DNA from: Caldilineales bacterium
GTDB taxonomy: Bacteria; Chloroflexota; Anaerolineae; J102
Assembly: GCA_037443945.1 (NCBI GenBank)
Contig: JBBINH010000011.1
Coordinates: 9,629-73,628 of the forward strand
DNA: 64,000 nt
Reading direction: 5' to 3'
Notes under the pieces: model-generated
Database searches by the model: none
What the model was told of the DNA's origin: nothing
The model's input: only the letters and a program-made list of their open reading frames with translations
Made by a program: the position numbers and the translations under genes
In this document: in pieces, positions 20,881 to 30,808 of the stretch
How positions within the stretch are numbered: the first letter of the stretch is position 1
Layout of the letters: every line of letters starts with the position of its first letter

Positions 20881-22818
20881 TTAGCGATACTGACCGGACA
20901 ACGCCGCCACCAGGTCCACGTTGCCGGCATCCACGAAGCCGGGGCCAGTGGGCGTCACGGGCAGGGCCGGCGAGATACCCTGGCGCACCTTGAGCTGCAG
21001 CGCCATGACCGCGCCATAGCCCTGGAGGAAGGGCTGCTGGTCAATAGCGAACAGCGTGAAGCCGTCCTTGATGCGGGCCACGATCTCCGGGCTGACATCG
21101 AAGGTGCCGTGTTTGACATCGCCGGCCTTGAGCCCGGCCTCGTTGGCGTAGGCATAGAAGGGATTGGCGCCGTTGGGACCGAGCGTCAGCACGATGTCCA
21201 CATCGGGATGGGCGGTGAAATAGTCGCTGATGGTTGTCTGCGAAGCGGCCGGGTCATCGCTGATGCCCAAGACCTCGGCGGGGATACCGGCCTCGGCCAG
21301 CGCATCGGCGAAGCCGCGGCAGCGCGCATCCAGGTTGGCACCGCCGACCTGATGGTTGATGCACACCCCGGCCTTGCCGCCGGCTGCGGCCAGCCGCTTG
21401 CCGCCCTGATAACCGCCCTGGTACTCATCCTGACCCAGATAAGTCAGGTAGGCGACGCCATCCTTATCGGGGCCGGAGCCGGCGTTATAGGCGATCACGG
21501 GGATGCCGGCATCCAGGGCCCGCTGCACCGGCGCCTTGAAGAGGTCGGGATCGGTGAAGGTGAGCATGATCCCATCGGGCTTAGCCGCCACGGCCTGGTC
21601 GATCAACTGGGCTACCTTCTGCAGGTCGAAGCGGTCGGGGCCGAGCACCTGCACATCCACCCGCATCTGCTGGGCTGCCGTCTGGATACCCTTTTCCACC
21701 ACGCACCAGAAGGCATCCCAGGCGCACAGCGCATGCTGCACGGCGATGATCTTCACCGGTCGGTTGGGATCGGGCTTGAAACCCAGATCGGCTTTGGTGA
21801 CAAAGCCGGGGCCGGTGGCGGTCACAGGCAGAGCCGGCTTGATACCATACCGGATGGCCAGGGCCAGGGTCGCCAGCGAGCCGTAGCCCTGCAGATAAGG
21901 CTGCTGGTCAATGCCGAAGAGGGTGATCCCCGCTTCGATGGCGGCATTGATTTCGGGGCTGGTGTCGAAGGTCCCGTGTTTGATCTGACCTTCCAGCCCG
22001 GCCTCCTTCAGGAAAGCATAGAAGGGATTGGCGCCGTTGGGACCCAAAGTGAGGGCAATATCCACTTCGGGATGGGCGGCGAAGTAGTCGCTGATGGTCG
22101 TCTGCGAGGAGGCCGGGTCGTCGGTGATACCCAGGACTTCGGCGGGGAGGCCGGCCTCGGCCAGCGCATCGCTAAAGCCCCGACAACGGGCATCGAGATT
22201 GGTGCCGCCGACCTGATGGTTGATGCATACCCCGGCCTTACCGCCGGCTGCGGCCAGGCGCTTGCCGGCCTGATAACCACCCTGATATTCGTCCTGACCG
22301 ATGTAGGTCATGTAGGGGATGCCGTCCTTATCGGGGCCGTTGCCGGCGTTGAAACCGACCACGGGGATACCGGCATCAATGGCGCGTTGGATATGCTCCT
22401 TGAAGAGCTGCGGATCGGTGACGGTGACGGCCAATCCGTCAGGACGGGCGGCCACGGCCTGGTCGATGAGCTGCGCCACCTTCTGGAGGTCGAAACGGTC
22501 GGGGCCGAGCACCGTCAATTCGATGTTCAGATCGCTGGCGGCCTGCTCCATGGCCTCCTTCATCGTGCACCACCACGAATCCCAGGCGCAGAGGGCATGT
22601 TGCACGACGTAAATGGTCAGGCGGCGATTGGGATCGGCGACGGACGGCGTCGGTGCGGCCGTGGGCTGGGCCGGCGCAGGAGTGGCGGTGGGCTGAGCCG
22701 GTGCCGCCGTAGGCGTCGCCGGCGCAACCGGGGGCTGAGCCGGTGCCGCGCAGGCGGCCACCACAAGCGCCACAACAACAAACAACAGGATAGAACGAAC
22801 CGTCTTGTGCGAAAACAT
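20881..22818 (-). CDS. Sugar (inositol) ABC substrate-binding lipoprotein with two tandem RbsB-like domains
   Basis: VAAC lipobox, Pro/Ala/Thr linker and two repeats of QHALCAWD..WC ... DQQP.LQGY. Confidence 0.9.
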   Translation of the reverse strand: MFSHKTVRSILLFVVVALVVAACAAPAQPPVAPATPTAAPAQPTATPAPAQPTAAPTPSVADPNRRLTIYVVQHALCAWDSWWCTMKEAMEQAASDLNIELTVLGPDRFDLQKVAQLIDQAVAARPDGLAVTVTDPQLFKEHIQRAIDAGIPVVGFNAGNGPDKDGIPYMTYIGQDEYQGGYQAGKRLAAAGGKAGVCINHQVGGTNLDARCRGFSDALAEAGLPAEVLGITDDPASSQTTISDYFAAHPEVDIALTLGPNGANPFYAFLKEAGLEGQIKHGTFDTSPEINAAIEAGITLFGIDQQPYLQGYGSLATLALAIRYGIKPALPVTATGPGFVTKADLGFKPDPNRPVKIIAVQHALCAWDAFWCVVEKGIQTAAQQMRVDVQVLGPDRFDLQKVAQLIDQAVAAKPDGIMLTFTDPDLFKAPVQRALDAGIPVIAYNAGSGPDKDGVAYLTYLGQDEYQGGYQGGKRLAAAGGKAGVCINHQVGGANLDARCRGFADALAEAGIPAEVLGISDDPAASQTTISDYFTAHPDVDIVLTLGPNGANPFYAYANEAGLKAGDVKHGTFDVSPEIVARIKDGFTLFAIDQQPFLQGYGAVMALQLKVRQGISPALPVTPTGPGFVDAGNVDLVAALSGQYR

Positions 22819-22907
22819 GGGTCTCTCCTCCAAAAAGTGCAGATGGAAGCAGATGGGTGCGCAGACACAACACGGGGCAAGCAACCGGACGGGAAATCAC
22901 CTCCTTC

Positions 22908-23924
22908 TCAGTCGTGACGGCCCATGGCCGTGGTCAAGAGGACGGAAAGGACGAGGATGAAACCGACGATGGCGCGAAAAACCTGCACCGAAATCCCCAG
23001 CAGGATCAGCCCTTGCTCCAGCGTTTGCAGAAGCAGAATCCCCACAACGGCGCCCATAACCGAACCGGCGCCGCCGGTGAGCAACACGCCGCCGATCACG
23101 CAGGACACCACGGCGATAAGCTCTAAACCTTCCCCGCGCAACGGATCGATGCTGGCACCGGCGGCAAACTGCGTTACCCCGGCCAGACCGGCCAGCAGAC
23201 CGGTCAGGGTAAAACAGACGAGTTTGACCATCCGCACCGGCACACCCTGCGCCCGCGCGGCCTCGAGATGACCACCGGTGGCAAAGATCCAGTTACCGAA
23301 GCGGGTGCGGTGAAGCATCACCGTCGCCGCCACGGCCAGCACGACAAACCAAAGGATAACCGTGCGGAAGTTGGCCGGCGGGTCGAACAGGTTATTCAGG
23401 AAAGTCAGGGGACCGTTGAGGACGGAGAACAAAAGCGGTTGAGGGCCGGTATACTTGGCAAAATCGCCCCCTCCCAGGACGCGGACCACCCCGCGATAGG
23501 CCAACATGGTGCCCAAGGTGGCGATAAACGAGGGAATACCCGAGAGCACGACCACCGCACCGTTGATGAACCCCAACCCCGCACAGAAGAGCAAGGCCAG
23601 AAGCAAGGCCAACCACGAGGGCACCCCGGCATTGAGCAGGATGGCAAAGCTAAAGCCCCCCACCGCCAGGGTCGAACCCACCGAAAGGTCAAACTCACCG
23701 GCGATCATCAGCAGCGCCACACCCACGACCACCAATCCGGCCAGAGCGGCAAAGCTCAGGACGTTGGACAGGGCCAGGGGCGTGAAGAAATGGGGCGCCA
23801 GCAGGCCAAAAGCCACCACCAGCACCACGAGGTTGAGAGCGGCAAAGCCGATGCCCATGCGCTCGTATAACCGGCGTGGCCAGGAGGCCAGAGTTGAAGA
23901 CCACGTGCGGGCGTTCACGAGCAT
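22908..23924 (-). CDS. Sugar ABC transporter permease (RbsC type)
   Basis: GEFDLSVGS and IPSFIATLG. Confidence 0.93.
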   Translation of the reverse strand: MLVNARTWSSTLASWPRRLYERMGIGFAALNLVVLVVAFGLLAPHFFTPLALSNVLSFAALAGLVVVGVALLMIAGEFDLSVGSTLAVGGFSFAILLNAGVPSWLALLLALLFCAGLGFINGAVVVLSGIPSFIATLGTMLAYRGVVRVLGGGDFAKYTGPQPLLFSVLNGPLTFLNNLFDPPANFRTVILWFVVLAVAATVMLHRTRFGNWIFATGGHLEAARAQGVPVRMVKLVCFTLTGLLAGLAGVTQFAAGASIDPLRGEGLELIAVVSCVIGGVLLTGGAGSVMGAVVGILLLQTLEQGLILLGISVQVFRAIVGFILVLSVLLTTAMGRHD

Positions 23925-23925
23925 C

Positions 23926-24978
23926 TCACGAGCGGGGAGGTGGGGCGGTCGAATTCCGAACCATCAAGCGACCTTCCAGGGTGATGACATCGAAGGCTGC
24001 ACGCGGATCGGGAACCGCTTCGCCCAACCGGAACAGAGCAGCCTGAGCGGCCAGTTCGCCCAGCTCCCATTGAGGCTGATGATAGGTGGTCAAGGATGGG
24101 TAGAGAAAGGCGGCGAGAGGGATATCATCGAAACCGGCCACCGAGATGTCATCGGGAATGCGCAACCCGGCCGATTGCAACGCCTGCATCAGACCCAGGG
24201 CCTGCATATCGTTGAAGCAGATGATGGCCGTGGGACGCTCGGCCAGGGCCAAAAGTTGCTCGGCCAGGACGGCGCCACTGCGCATCTGGCCGTCGGGCGC
24301 CAGCAAATCATAGGCCGGGGGCAAAGCCAGACCGAGCTCTTCCAGGGCATCCACCACCCCCTGACGGCGTTGCTGATGGAGCAAACCCCCGCGAACGTTG
24401 CCGCCGTAGGCGATGCGCCGATGTCCCAGGGCCAGGAGGTGGCGGGTCAGCGCCCGGGTGCCGCTACGGTCATTGTGGTAAATGGAATGAGGCAAGACGT
24501 CGGTAGCACGATTGTGAATGAACAGAACCGGCACAGGAAGGGCCCCCAACTGTTCCAGGCGCCGGGCGGGAAAGGTCGACGAGAAAAGAAGAAGGGCATC
24601 CACCTGTCGCGCCAGCAGCGTGCGCATCAGGTTTAGCTCGCGCTCGGGATCGTACTCAAAGGCCGAGATGAAGACGCTGTAACCGGAGCGATAGGCCACG
24701 CTTTGTAAACCGCCCAGAACTTCGCTGTAAAAGGGATCGGCAATACGATTGACGATGACGCCGAGGATCCGGGAACGATTGGTTTTGAGTGTGCGCGCGG
24801 TGGCGCTGGGTACGTAGTGCAGCTCCCGGGCCAATTGTTGGATGCGGGCGGCCGTTTCCGCGGCCACCGAAGGATGGTTGTTGAGAGCCCGTGACACGGT
24901 GGAATGGGAAACCCCGGCGCGACGGGCCAACTCTTTGATGGTGACGGTCTTGGGGGCGCTCACAGGAAACTCGGCCAA
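23926..24978 (-). CDS. LacI-family transcriptional regulator
   Basis: TIKELARRAGVSHSTVSRALN HTH, GFDDI and PSLTT; alternative GTG start at 24963. Confidence 0.93.
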   Translation of the reverse strand: MAEFPVSAPKTVTIKELARRAGVSHSTVSRALNNHPSVAAETAARIQQLARELHYVPSATARTLKTNRSRILGVIVNRIADPFYSEVLGGLQSVAYRSGYSVFISAFEYDPERELNLMRTLLARQVDALLLFSSTFPARRLEQLGALPVPVLFIHNRATDVLPHSIYHNDRSGTRALTRHLLALGHRRIAYGGNVRGGLLHQQRRQGVVDALEELGLALPPAYDLLAPDGQMRSGAVLAEQLLALAERPTAIICFNDMQALGLMQALQSAGLRIPDDISVAGFDDIPLAAFLYPSLTTYHQPQWELGELAAQAALFRLGEAVPDPRAAFDVITLEGRLMVRNSTAPPPRS

Positions 24979-25016
24979 AGAGAGGACAACAGAGCCAAGA
25001 CGAGAACCTTAGATTT

Positions 25017-25076
25017 TGCACACGATTGCAGCAATCGTGTGCGAGAACTTATACTCAGAAGCCGCCTCTTTGTCAA
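25017..25076 (-). promoter_or_regulatory. iol operon promoter with a double LacI-type operator
   Basis: TTGACA(25076-25071)-17 bp-TATAAG; perfect inverted repeat GCACACGATTGC-A-GCAATCGTGTGC at 25018-25042. Confidence 0.75.
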
Positions 25077-25109
25077 ATCACCCCGCAGGAGCGGCCCCCG
25101 ACTCTCGGC

Positions 25110-25700
25110 TCAGGGAACCGAGATGGTCTCGCCCGACGACGCCGGGCTCCGGCGTTGTCGACGCGATGGCTGCCTGCCTGCCCTCACCATCAGCTCCCAA
25201 CCCCCAACGACCACAACCACCCCGATCAAGCCGTACAGCGTCCAGTTGGGCGCCGGTTCGACGACATCCAGGTAAAAATCGGCGCTGCCGACCCCGACAA
25301 CGACCACCTCGAACCGCCACGTGCCCGGCGTGGGCACAACCAGATCGGCCTCATAGAGCACGGGAATGAGAGCCCCTTCATGCGTGGCCATGACACGTAC
25401 CGGCGAGGTGCCCTCAGGCCCATAAGCGGTCACCTGAACCGTCTCCCCGGTCACCGGTGTGCCATTCGTGGCTACCGACAGCCCGACCGTGATGTGGATT
25501 TTTCCCATCTGTGGCGGCTCCGGTGATGTCCACACCGAGAGCCGATAAGGCCCCAAAGGAGCGGCGGCAATGCGAATGACACCGCCGCCATGCGCCGCTG
25601 CTGGCAGCGCCCACGCCAGAGCCAACACGAGGCAGATTAGAAGACGGCCCGCACGCCGAAGCCAAACCACGGCCTCTCCCTCAGGAAACCACGCTGCCAT
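25110..25700 (-). CDS. Secreted/membrane-anchored FixH/YtkA-like protein (oxidase assembly)
   Basis: Signal peptide ending AAA-H, PGTWRFEV Ig-like strand and C-terminal TM; overlaps ctaG. Confidence 0.65.
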   Translation of the reverse strand: MAAWFPEGEAVVWLRRAGRLLICLVLALAWALPAAAHGGGVIRIAAAPLGPYRLSVWTSPEPPQMGKIHITVGLSVATNGTPVTGETVQVTAYGPEGTSPVRVMATHEGALIPVLYEADLVVPTPGTWRFEVVVVGVGSADFYLDVVEPAPNWTLYGLIGVVVVVGGWELMVRAGRQPSRRQRRSPASSGETISVP

Positions 25701-26679
25701 CCTCCAAGCCCGGCGCCAATAGCGCGTCGGCCTGCTCCCAGCGGGAATGGGGCAACGGCGCTTTCTGCTCTTCGGCGCGAAAGTGCCCGGCCAGGAGGAT
25801 GAGCGCCGCCACGATGTGGTTCATAATGCTTTCCCACATGATGACGCCGCCGTACATCTGATCATCCATGACGGAAATGCCCCATAGGCGGGGGACGACG
25901 GTGTAATGCGGATAGAGCGGTGAGGTCGCAAAGGAGAGGGTCGCCCCCAAAGCCACAATGAAGGGGATGACGGCCACGACATAGAGCATGCGCCAGGCAT
26001 AACTCAACGACCGCCGCAGCCGGGGAGCGGAACCCACGGCATTCCACCAAAAGAGCATGCCCACCAGGAAAAAGCACAGATGCTCCAGATTGTGGACCCA
26101 GCGCCGTTCCAGGGCCAGGTTATACAGGGTGCTGTCATGCCAGCCCCAAAGGATGGCCACGTGGATGAAGATGACCAGCCCCGGATTCGTGAGTTTGCGC
26201 AAGGCATGCCGAAACGGCGACGGGCGCGCCATCAGATTGCCGACGAGCAGTCGCAGGCGTCGCGGCAGGCCCCAGAGGATGATGGGGTAAGGGTTACCCA
26301 GCCACAACAGCGGCGGCACGATCATCAACAACAGCTCGTGCTGGATCATGTGGACGAAAAAGAGCAGGGTAGAGTAAGCATCCAGCCCCGAAGCCAGGGC
26401 CAGCACAAACAGGGTCAGGCCGCCGAAATAGGCGATGGCCCGCCAGGGTTCGGCCAGATACGGCCGGCCGGGGCGTTGAGAGCGGCGAGGAAGTTCCCGC
26501 CAAGCCGGCGTGGGCCCACCCCGCACCGGCAACCGTCGTCGACTGCGGTCCCGGGCGCTTTCACGGCGGTATAAGCGCAACCAGCCGCGCAGATAGAGTC
26601 CGCCCAACACCAGGGATACGCCGAAGACAAAGGGGCGGAATTCCCACGTCGTGAAAATCGCGCGCAAAAATTCGAGCAT
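25681..26679 (-). CDS. ctaG: Cytochrome c oxidase assembly factor CtaG (caa3 type)
   Basis: HMIQHELL, WH, HNLEH and DQMYGG.IMW. Confidence 0.9.
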   Translation of the reverse strand: MLEFLRAIFTTWEFRPFVFGVSLVLGGLYLRGWLRLYRRESARDRSRRRLPVRGGPTPAWRELPRRSQRPGRPYLAEPWRAIAYFGGLTLFVLALASGLDAYSTLLFFVHMIQHELLLMIVPPLLWLGNPYPIILWGLPRRLRLLVGNLMARPSPFRHALRKLTNPGLVIFIHVAILWGWHDSTLYNLALERRWVHNLEHLCFFLVGMLFWWNAVGSAPRLRRSLSYAWRMLYVVAVIPFIVALGATLSFATSPLYPHYTVVPRLWGISVMDDQMYGGVIMWESIMNHIVAALILLAGHFRAEEQKAPLPHSRWEQADALLAPGLEDGSVVS

Positions 26680-26777
26680 ACGACGATGTGGAGATGGTAA
26701 CCCTTATGATAAAGAAGCGGGGTGCTAAACTCTATTACCCCGCTTCCGATCAAGCCCTGTTGGCGAACGAAGGGGTC

Positions 26778-27395
26778 CTAGTGATGACCGGGGCCTACCG
26801 CCACTCCCATCAGATAAAGGGCCGGGTAGAAGAACACCCAGACGACGTCGACGAAGTGCCAGTAGATGGCGCCGGCCTGGACCGCCCAGTAGTTGCGTGA
26901 CGAGAAGTGGCCCTTATAGCCGCGATAGGCCAGAATGGCAAGCAGGATGACGCCTGTCAGGACATGGAAAGCGTGCATGCCGGTCATAAAGAAGAGGATG
27001 GAGCCGTACACGGCAAATTCACCCTCGGTGCTCAGGTTGACCGGAGAGGTCCGCCATTCGAAGCCGACGACGCCGGCCAGAAAGCCCAGACCTAACAGGA
27101 TCGTCATCAGGATGCTACGCAGATAATCGCCGCGATCATCGTGGCGGATGGCCATCTCGGCCCGGTACATGAAGTAGCTGCTGACGAGCAGGACGATGGT
27201 CACCGTCATGCCCAACACCTGGTCGAGATGCGGCCGAGTAGCGCCCCATAGATAAAAGCGCGCGGCGAAGATGCCGGCAAAGAAGAAGGTATCGGAAAGG
27301 ATGAACAACCATAACCCCATCCGATTCATGGCCATCCGCCGCGCCGGCGAAATAGCAGCGGCATGATGTTCGTGGGCAATAGCTTCCGTAGCCAT
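26778..27395 (-). CDS. coxC: Cytochrome c oxidase subunit III
   Basis: TGMHAFHV and YWHFVDVVW. Confidence 0.93.
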   Translation of the reverse strand: MATEAIAHEHHAAAISPARRMAMNRMGLWLFILSDTFFFAGIFAARFYLWGATRPHLDQVLGMTVTIVLLVSSYFMYRAEMAIRHDDRGDYLRSILMTILLGLGFLAGVVGFEWRTSPVNLSTEGEFAVYGSILFFMTGMHAFHVLTGVILLAILAYRGYKGHFSSRNYWAVQAGAIYWHFVDVVWVFFYPALYLMGVAVGPGHH

Positions 27396-27622
27396 CAGTG
27401 CGTTTCCTCCTCCGGGGCAAACAGCTCGCCGATATGCATAAAGTACTGGGCGATCACGGCGGCGTTGATGGCGGCCAGAACAAACAGCAACAAGACCGAA
27501 CCGTTTGTCAACCGGGCCGTGACAAAGTCCAAGATCTCCAGGATAATGAGAGCAATGAGCACATAGAGGCCGATACGTTGCACACGGCGTTTGCGCATCA
27601 TCGGTGTTTCCAGCGGTTTCAT
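27395..27622 (-). CDS. coxD: Cytochrome c oxidase subunit IV
   Basis: Two TMs with YFMH; lies between subunits I and III. Confidence 0.8.
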   Translation of the reverse strand: MKPLETPMMRKRRVQRIGLYVLIALIILEILDFVTARLTNGSVLLLFVLAAINAAVIAQYFMHIGELFAPEEETH

Positions 27623-27642
27623 ACGCCTATCTCCTGGGGAAT

Positions 27643-29685
27643 TTAGCGGGCCGGTAACGCTGCCGTACCGGGAGCGGCTACCTTCTCGTGGCCGTTCATC
27701 CGCACATAGGCGGTGCCCGGCAGACCGTAATCGTAGGGGTTACCGACCACCTCGAAGGGTTCCTCGTAGTTATGCTCGGGCACCGGCGAGGGGATTTGCC
27801 ATTCGGGCGAGCGGGAACCCCAGGGGTTCATGACGGCGACCTCGCCCCGGCGGGCGCTGACGACCAGGTTATACACACCGATCAGCACACCGATGAAAAT
27901 GGCGAAACCGGCCACGGTCATGATGACATGCAGGTTCTGGATGTTCAGGGCCGGGTCGTAGTCGGCAATGCGACGACGCATCCCCAGCAGACCGGTGCGG
28001 GCCATGGTCAGCGACATGATATAGAAACCGGTTGTCTGCAAGGCAAAATGAATCCGGCCCAGGCGCTCGTTGTACATCCGCCCTGTGATCTTGGGGAACC
28101 AGTAGTACAACGCCGCAAAGAAGGGAAAGACGAAACCACCGAACATCGTGGCGTGGAAGTGGCCGACGACGAAGTACGAGTCATGCAGGTGCAGATCCGT
28201 CGGCACCGTTGCCAGAGGAGGCCCGGTTAAACCACCGATCAGGAAGACGGCAATGGAAGCCAGGACGAAGAGCATCGGCGTGGGGAAGAAAAGCTTACCC
28301 CGCCACACCGTACCCAACCAACTGAAAAACTTGACCCCGGTCGGCACCGCCACCAGCATGGTCGTGTACATGAAGGGCAGGCGTAGGGCATTGGGCATGC
28401 CGGCCGTGAACATGTGATGCGCCCAAACCATAAAGCCCAGCAGAGCAATGGCCATACTGGACAGCGCAATCCACTTGTAGCCAAAGAGCGGTTTGCGCGA
28501 GAAGACAGGCAAAAGTTCGCTGACAATGCCCAGACCGGGAAGGATAAAGATGTAAACGGCCGGATGCGAATAGAACCAGAAGAGATGCTGGAAGAGCAGC
28601 GGATCACCGCCCAGAGCGGCATTGAAGAACTCCATGCCCAGGTTGCGCTCCAGGACCACCATCAAAAAGGACAGGCCGATGAACTGGGTGGCGGTGAGCT
28701 GGATCAGCGACGTCGCCAGCATGGCCCAGACAAAAATCGGCAAACGGAAAAGGGTCATGCCCGGGGCCCGCATCTTCAGCGCCGTCACGATCAGGTTCGC
28801 CGAACCCAAGATCGAGGAGAAGCCAAAAAAGAAGATGCCGATCAGGAAGAGATTGACCCCCATGACCGTGCGCACGCTCAGAGGGGCATAGCCCGTCCAC
28901 CCCGTATCCCAGCCACCGAAGAAAATGGCCATCACGATGAGGATGGCACTGGGCACGGTGATCCAGAAGGCAAAGCCGTTGAGCCGGGGAAAGGCCATAT
29001 CGCTGGCACCTATCATCAGCGGTACCAGATAATTGGCCATGCCACCGACCCCCAACAGGATGGAGGCAATCATAATGATGCCGTGCATGCTGATGAAGGT
29101 GTTGAAGGTGTCGGGCTTGAGGAACTGCAGGCCCGGCGCCAGCAACTCGGTGCGGAAGACCATGGCCAGAGTGCCGGCTACACCCATCAGCAAGATACCG
29201 GTGACGGTGTATTGGATCCCGATGACCTTGTGGTTCTGATCAAAGCCGAAATAACGAAACCAACCCGGTTTGCCGGGTGGTGGGCCGTGTTGATCCGGCG
29301 TGTGGATACCCACGATCCAACGCAACCAATCGCTCAGAGCCCCGACACCGAGCAAGAAGCCGATAGGCGCCACAAAGGCACCCACCACCCATACCCTCTC
29401 GCTGTCCCAGGGTGTCAGGCCCAGCAGGCTCCGGATGCCCACCGTGGTCAGGATGCCGACAACGAAGCCGGCCGCCATGCCAACCAGACCGCGCGGCAGA
29501 CCCAACTCCTTGTCAATGCCGAGCATAAGCCCGACCAAACCGGAAAAAACGGCCATGGCGTAAAGGGGCCGCAGATCGGCGCTCAGCAGAGGCAACCCGC
29601 CAATAGCCCGCACGGCGATAAAGACGATGGTCCCTGCCAACGCACCGATGATAAAGCCAAGAAGACTCCGAAACCAAGTTGGCAT
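27643..29685 (-). CDS. coxA: Cytochrome c oxidase subunit I, type A2, with N-terminal membrane extension
   Basis: FWFYSHPAVY (YS motif), WAHH, GHFH, DMAFPRLN and PTGVK. Confidence 0.95.
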   Translation of the reverse strand: MPTWFRSLLGFIIGALAGTIVFIAVRAIGGLPLLSADLRPLYAMAVFSGLVGLMLGIDKELGLPRGLVGMAAGFVVGILTTVGIRSLLGLTPWDSERVWVVGAFVAPIGFLLGVGALSDWLRWIVGIHTPDQHGPPPGKPGWFRYFGFDQNHKVIGIQYTVTGILLMGVAGTLAMVFRTELLAPGLQFLKPDTFNTFISMHGIIMIASILLGVGGMANYLVPLMIGASDMAFPRLNGFAFWITVPSAILIVMAIFFGGWDTGWTGYAPLSVRTVMGVNLFLIGIFFFGFSSILGSANLIVTALKMRAPGMTLFRLPIFVWAMLATSLIQLTATQFIGLSFLMVVLERNLGMEFFNAALGGDPLLFQHLFWFYSHPAVYIFILPGLGIVSELLPVFSRKPLFGYKWIALSSMAIALLGFMVWAHHMFTAGMPNALRLPFMYTTMLVAVPTGVKFFSWLGTVWRGKLFFPTPMLFVLASIAVFLIGGLTGPPLATVPTDLHLHDSYFVVGHFHATMFGGFVFPFFAALYYWFPKITGRMYNERLGRIHFALQTTGFYIMSLTMARTGLLGMRRRIADYDPALNIQNLHVIMTVAGFAIFIGVLIGVYNLVVSARRGEVAVMNPWGSRSPEWQIPSPVPEHNYEEPFEVVGNPYDYGLPGTAYVRMNGHEKVAAPGTAALPAR

Positions 29686-29725
29686 AGGTAAAAACCTCCC
29701 GGATGCTAACTAACAAGAATCGCCA

Positions 29726-30754
29726 TTATTGAAGGGATTTGATGTATTCGATCAAACCATTAATTTCTGTTTCGGTCAGAATATCGCCGAAATTTTTCGG
29801 CATTACGTCTTGAAAACCGGACACAATCTTGGCTGAAGGATTGACGATCGATTCATGCAGATACGCTTCATCGACTACTCCCGTGGTACCGTCGGCGAAT
29901 GTCTCCGTCTTTCCGAAGAGACCCTTCCAGGTCGGTCCTACAAGGGCACTTCCGTCTACGGAGTGACAGGCCGTGCATCCGGCGCTGGTTGCTACCTGTT
30001 GCCCCAAAGCGACCGGATCTTGAGGCTCGACACCTTCGCCTTCGGTTGGAACATAAATACCCAGGCGCTTTTGCCGCCACACCTCAAAATCTTCGGGGGT
30101 CATGACGTTAACCGCCGCCTCCATATAAGCATGCGACGTACCGCATAGCTCGGCGCAGCGCACCTTATAAGTCCCTACGCGGGTCGGGGTTACACGCAAG
30201 TGGTGCTCCTGACCAGGTACGGTGTCTTGCTTAAGGCGAAACTCGGGAACCCAGAAGGAGTGGGTCACATCCTCGGAATACAGCACGAAGTGTGCGCGCC
30301 GGTCAACCGGCAAGTTGAGTTCGGTCGAAGCAATGCCCCATTCCGGATACTCAAAGCTCCATGTCCACTGCCGGGCCGTTACGACAACCTGCAACTCATC
30401 ATCGGCTGCCTCGAGCGTTTTCTGCAGGACATTGGCACCGAGAAAGGCAAAATACAACACCGTGATTAGAGGTATAATCGTCCAGAGAACCTCAAGAGTC
30501 GTATTGCCATGAAAATAAACCCCTTCACTCGGATCGTCTTTTTTGCGCCGAAAGACAAAGACACTGTACAAGAGAATACCGTTAACCAGTACATAAAGAA
30601 CAATGATGGTATCAATGTGCAGATTGAACAATCTATCAATTAATGCCGCCTCAGCACTGCCCTGTACAGGCATCCATTGCACATTGTTAGCTATGAACAA
30701 CAAAGCAAAAACACAAACAATAATGATAATAGTTACATTGATGGCATGTCGCAT
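29726..30754 (-). CDS. coxB: Cytochrome c oxidase subunit II with fused cytochrome c (caa3)
   Basis: DVTHSF and CAELCGTSHAYM (CuA); CTACH heme c. Confidence 0.95.
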   Translation of the reverse strand: MRHAINVTIIIIVCVFALLFIANNVQWMPVQGSAEAALIDRLFNLHIDTIIVLYVLVNGILLYSVFVFRRKKDDPSEGVYFHGNTTLEVLWTIIPLITVLYFAFLGANVLQKTLEAADDELQVVVTARQWTWSFEYPEWGIASTELNLPVDRRAHFVLYSEDVTHSFWVPEFRLKQDTVPGQEHHLRVTPTRVGTYKVRCAELCGTSHAYMEAAVNVMTPEDFEVWRQKRLGIYVPTEGEGVEPQDPVALGQQVATSAGCTACHSVDGSALVGPTWKGLFGKTETFADGTTGVVDEAYLHESIVNPSAKIVSGFQDVMPKNFGDILTETEINGLIEYIKSLQ

Positions 30755-30790
30755 ACTATGTACTCCTGTTGCTTGGAGCGACGCGTGGAA

Positions 30791-30808
30791 TCGTGCGATA
30801 ATTCACAA
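30791..30808. promoter_or_regulatory. Possible Rex/CRP-type operator upstream of the cox operon
   Basis: TCGTGCG-ATAA-TTCACAA versus TTGTGAA-N4-TTCACAA: one perfect half-site. Confidence 0.35.

Noticed and set aside
20518-22917. Long plus-strand ORFs opposite real genes (also 1493-2836, 48893-50068, 56624-58369, 61299-63497)
   Set aside because: Antisense shadows expected in high-GC DNA; no motifs, and the opposite strand encodes clear conserved proteins
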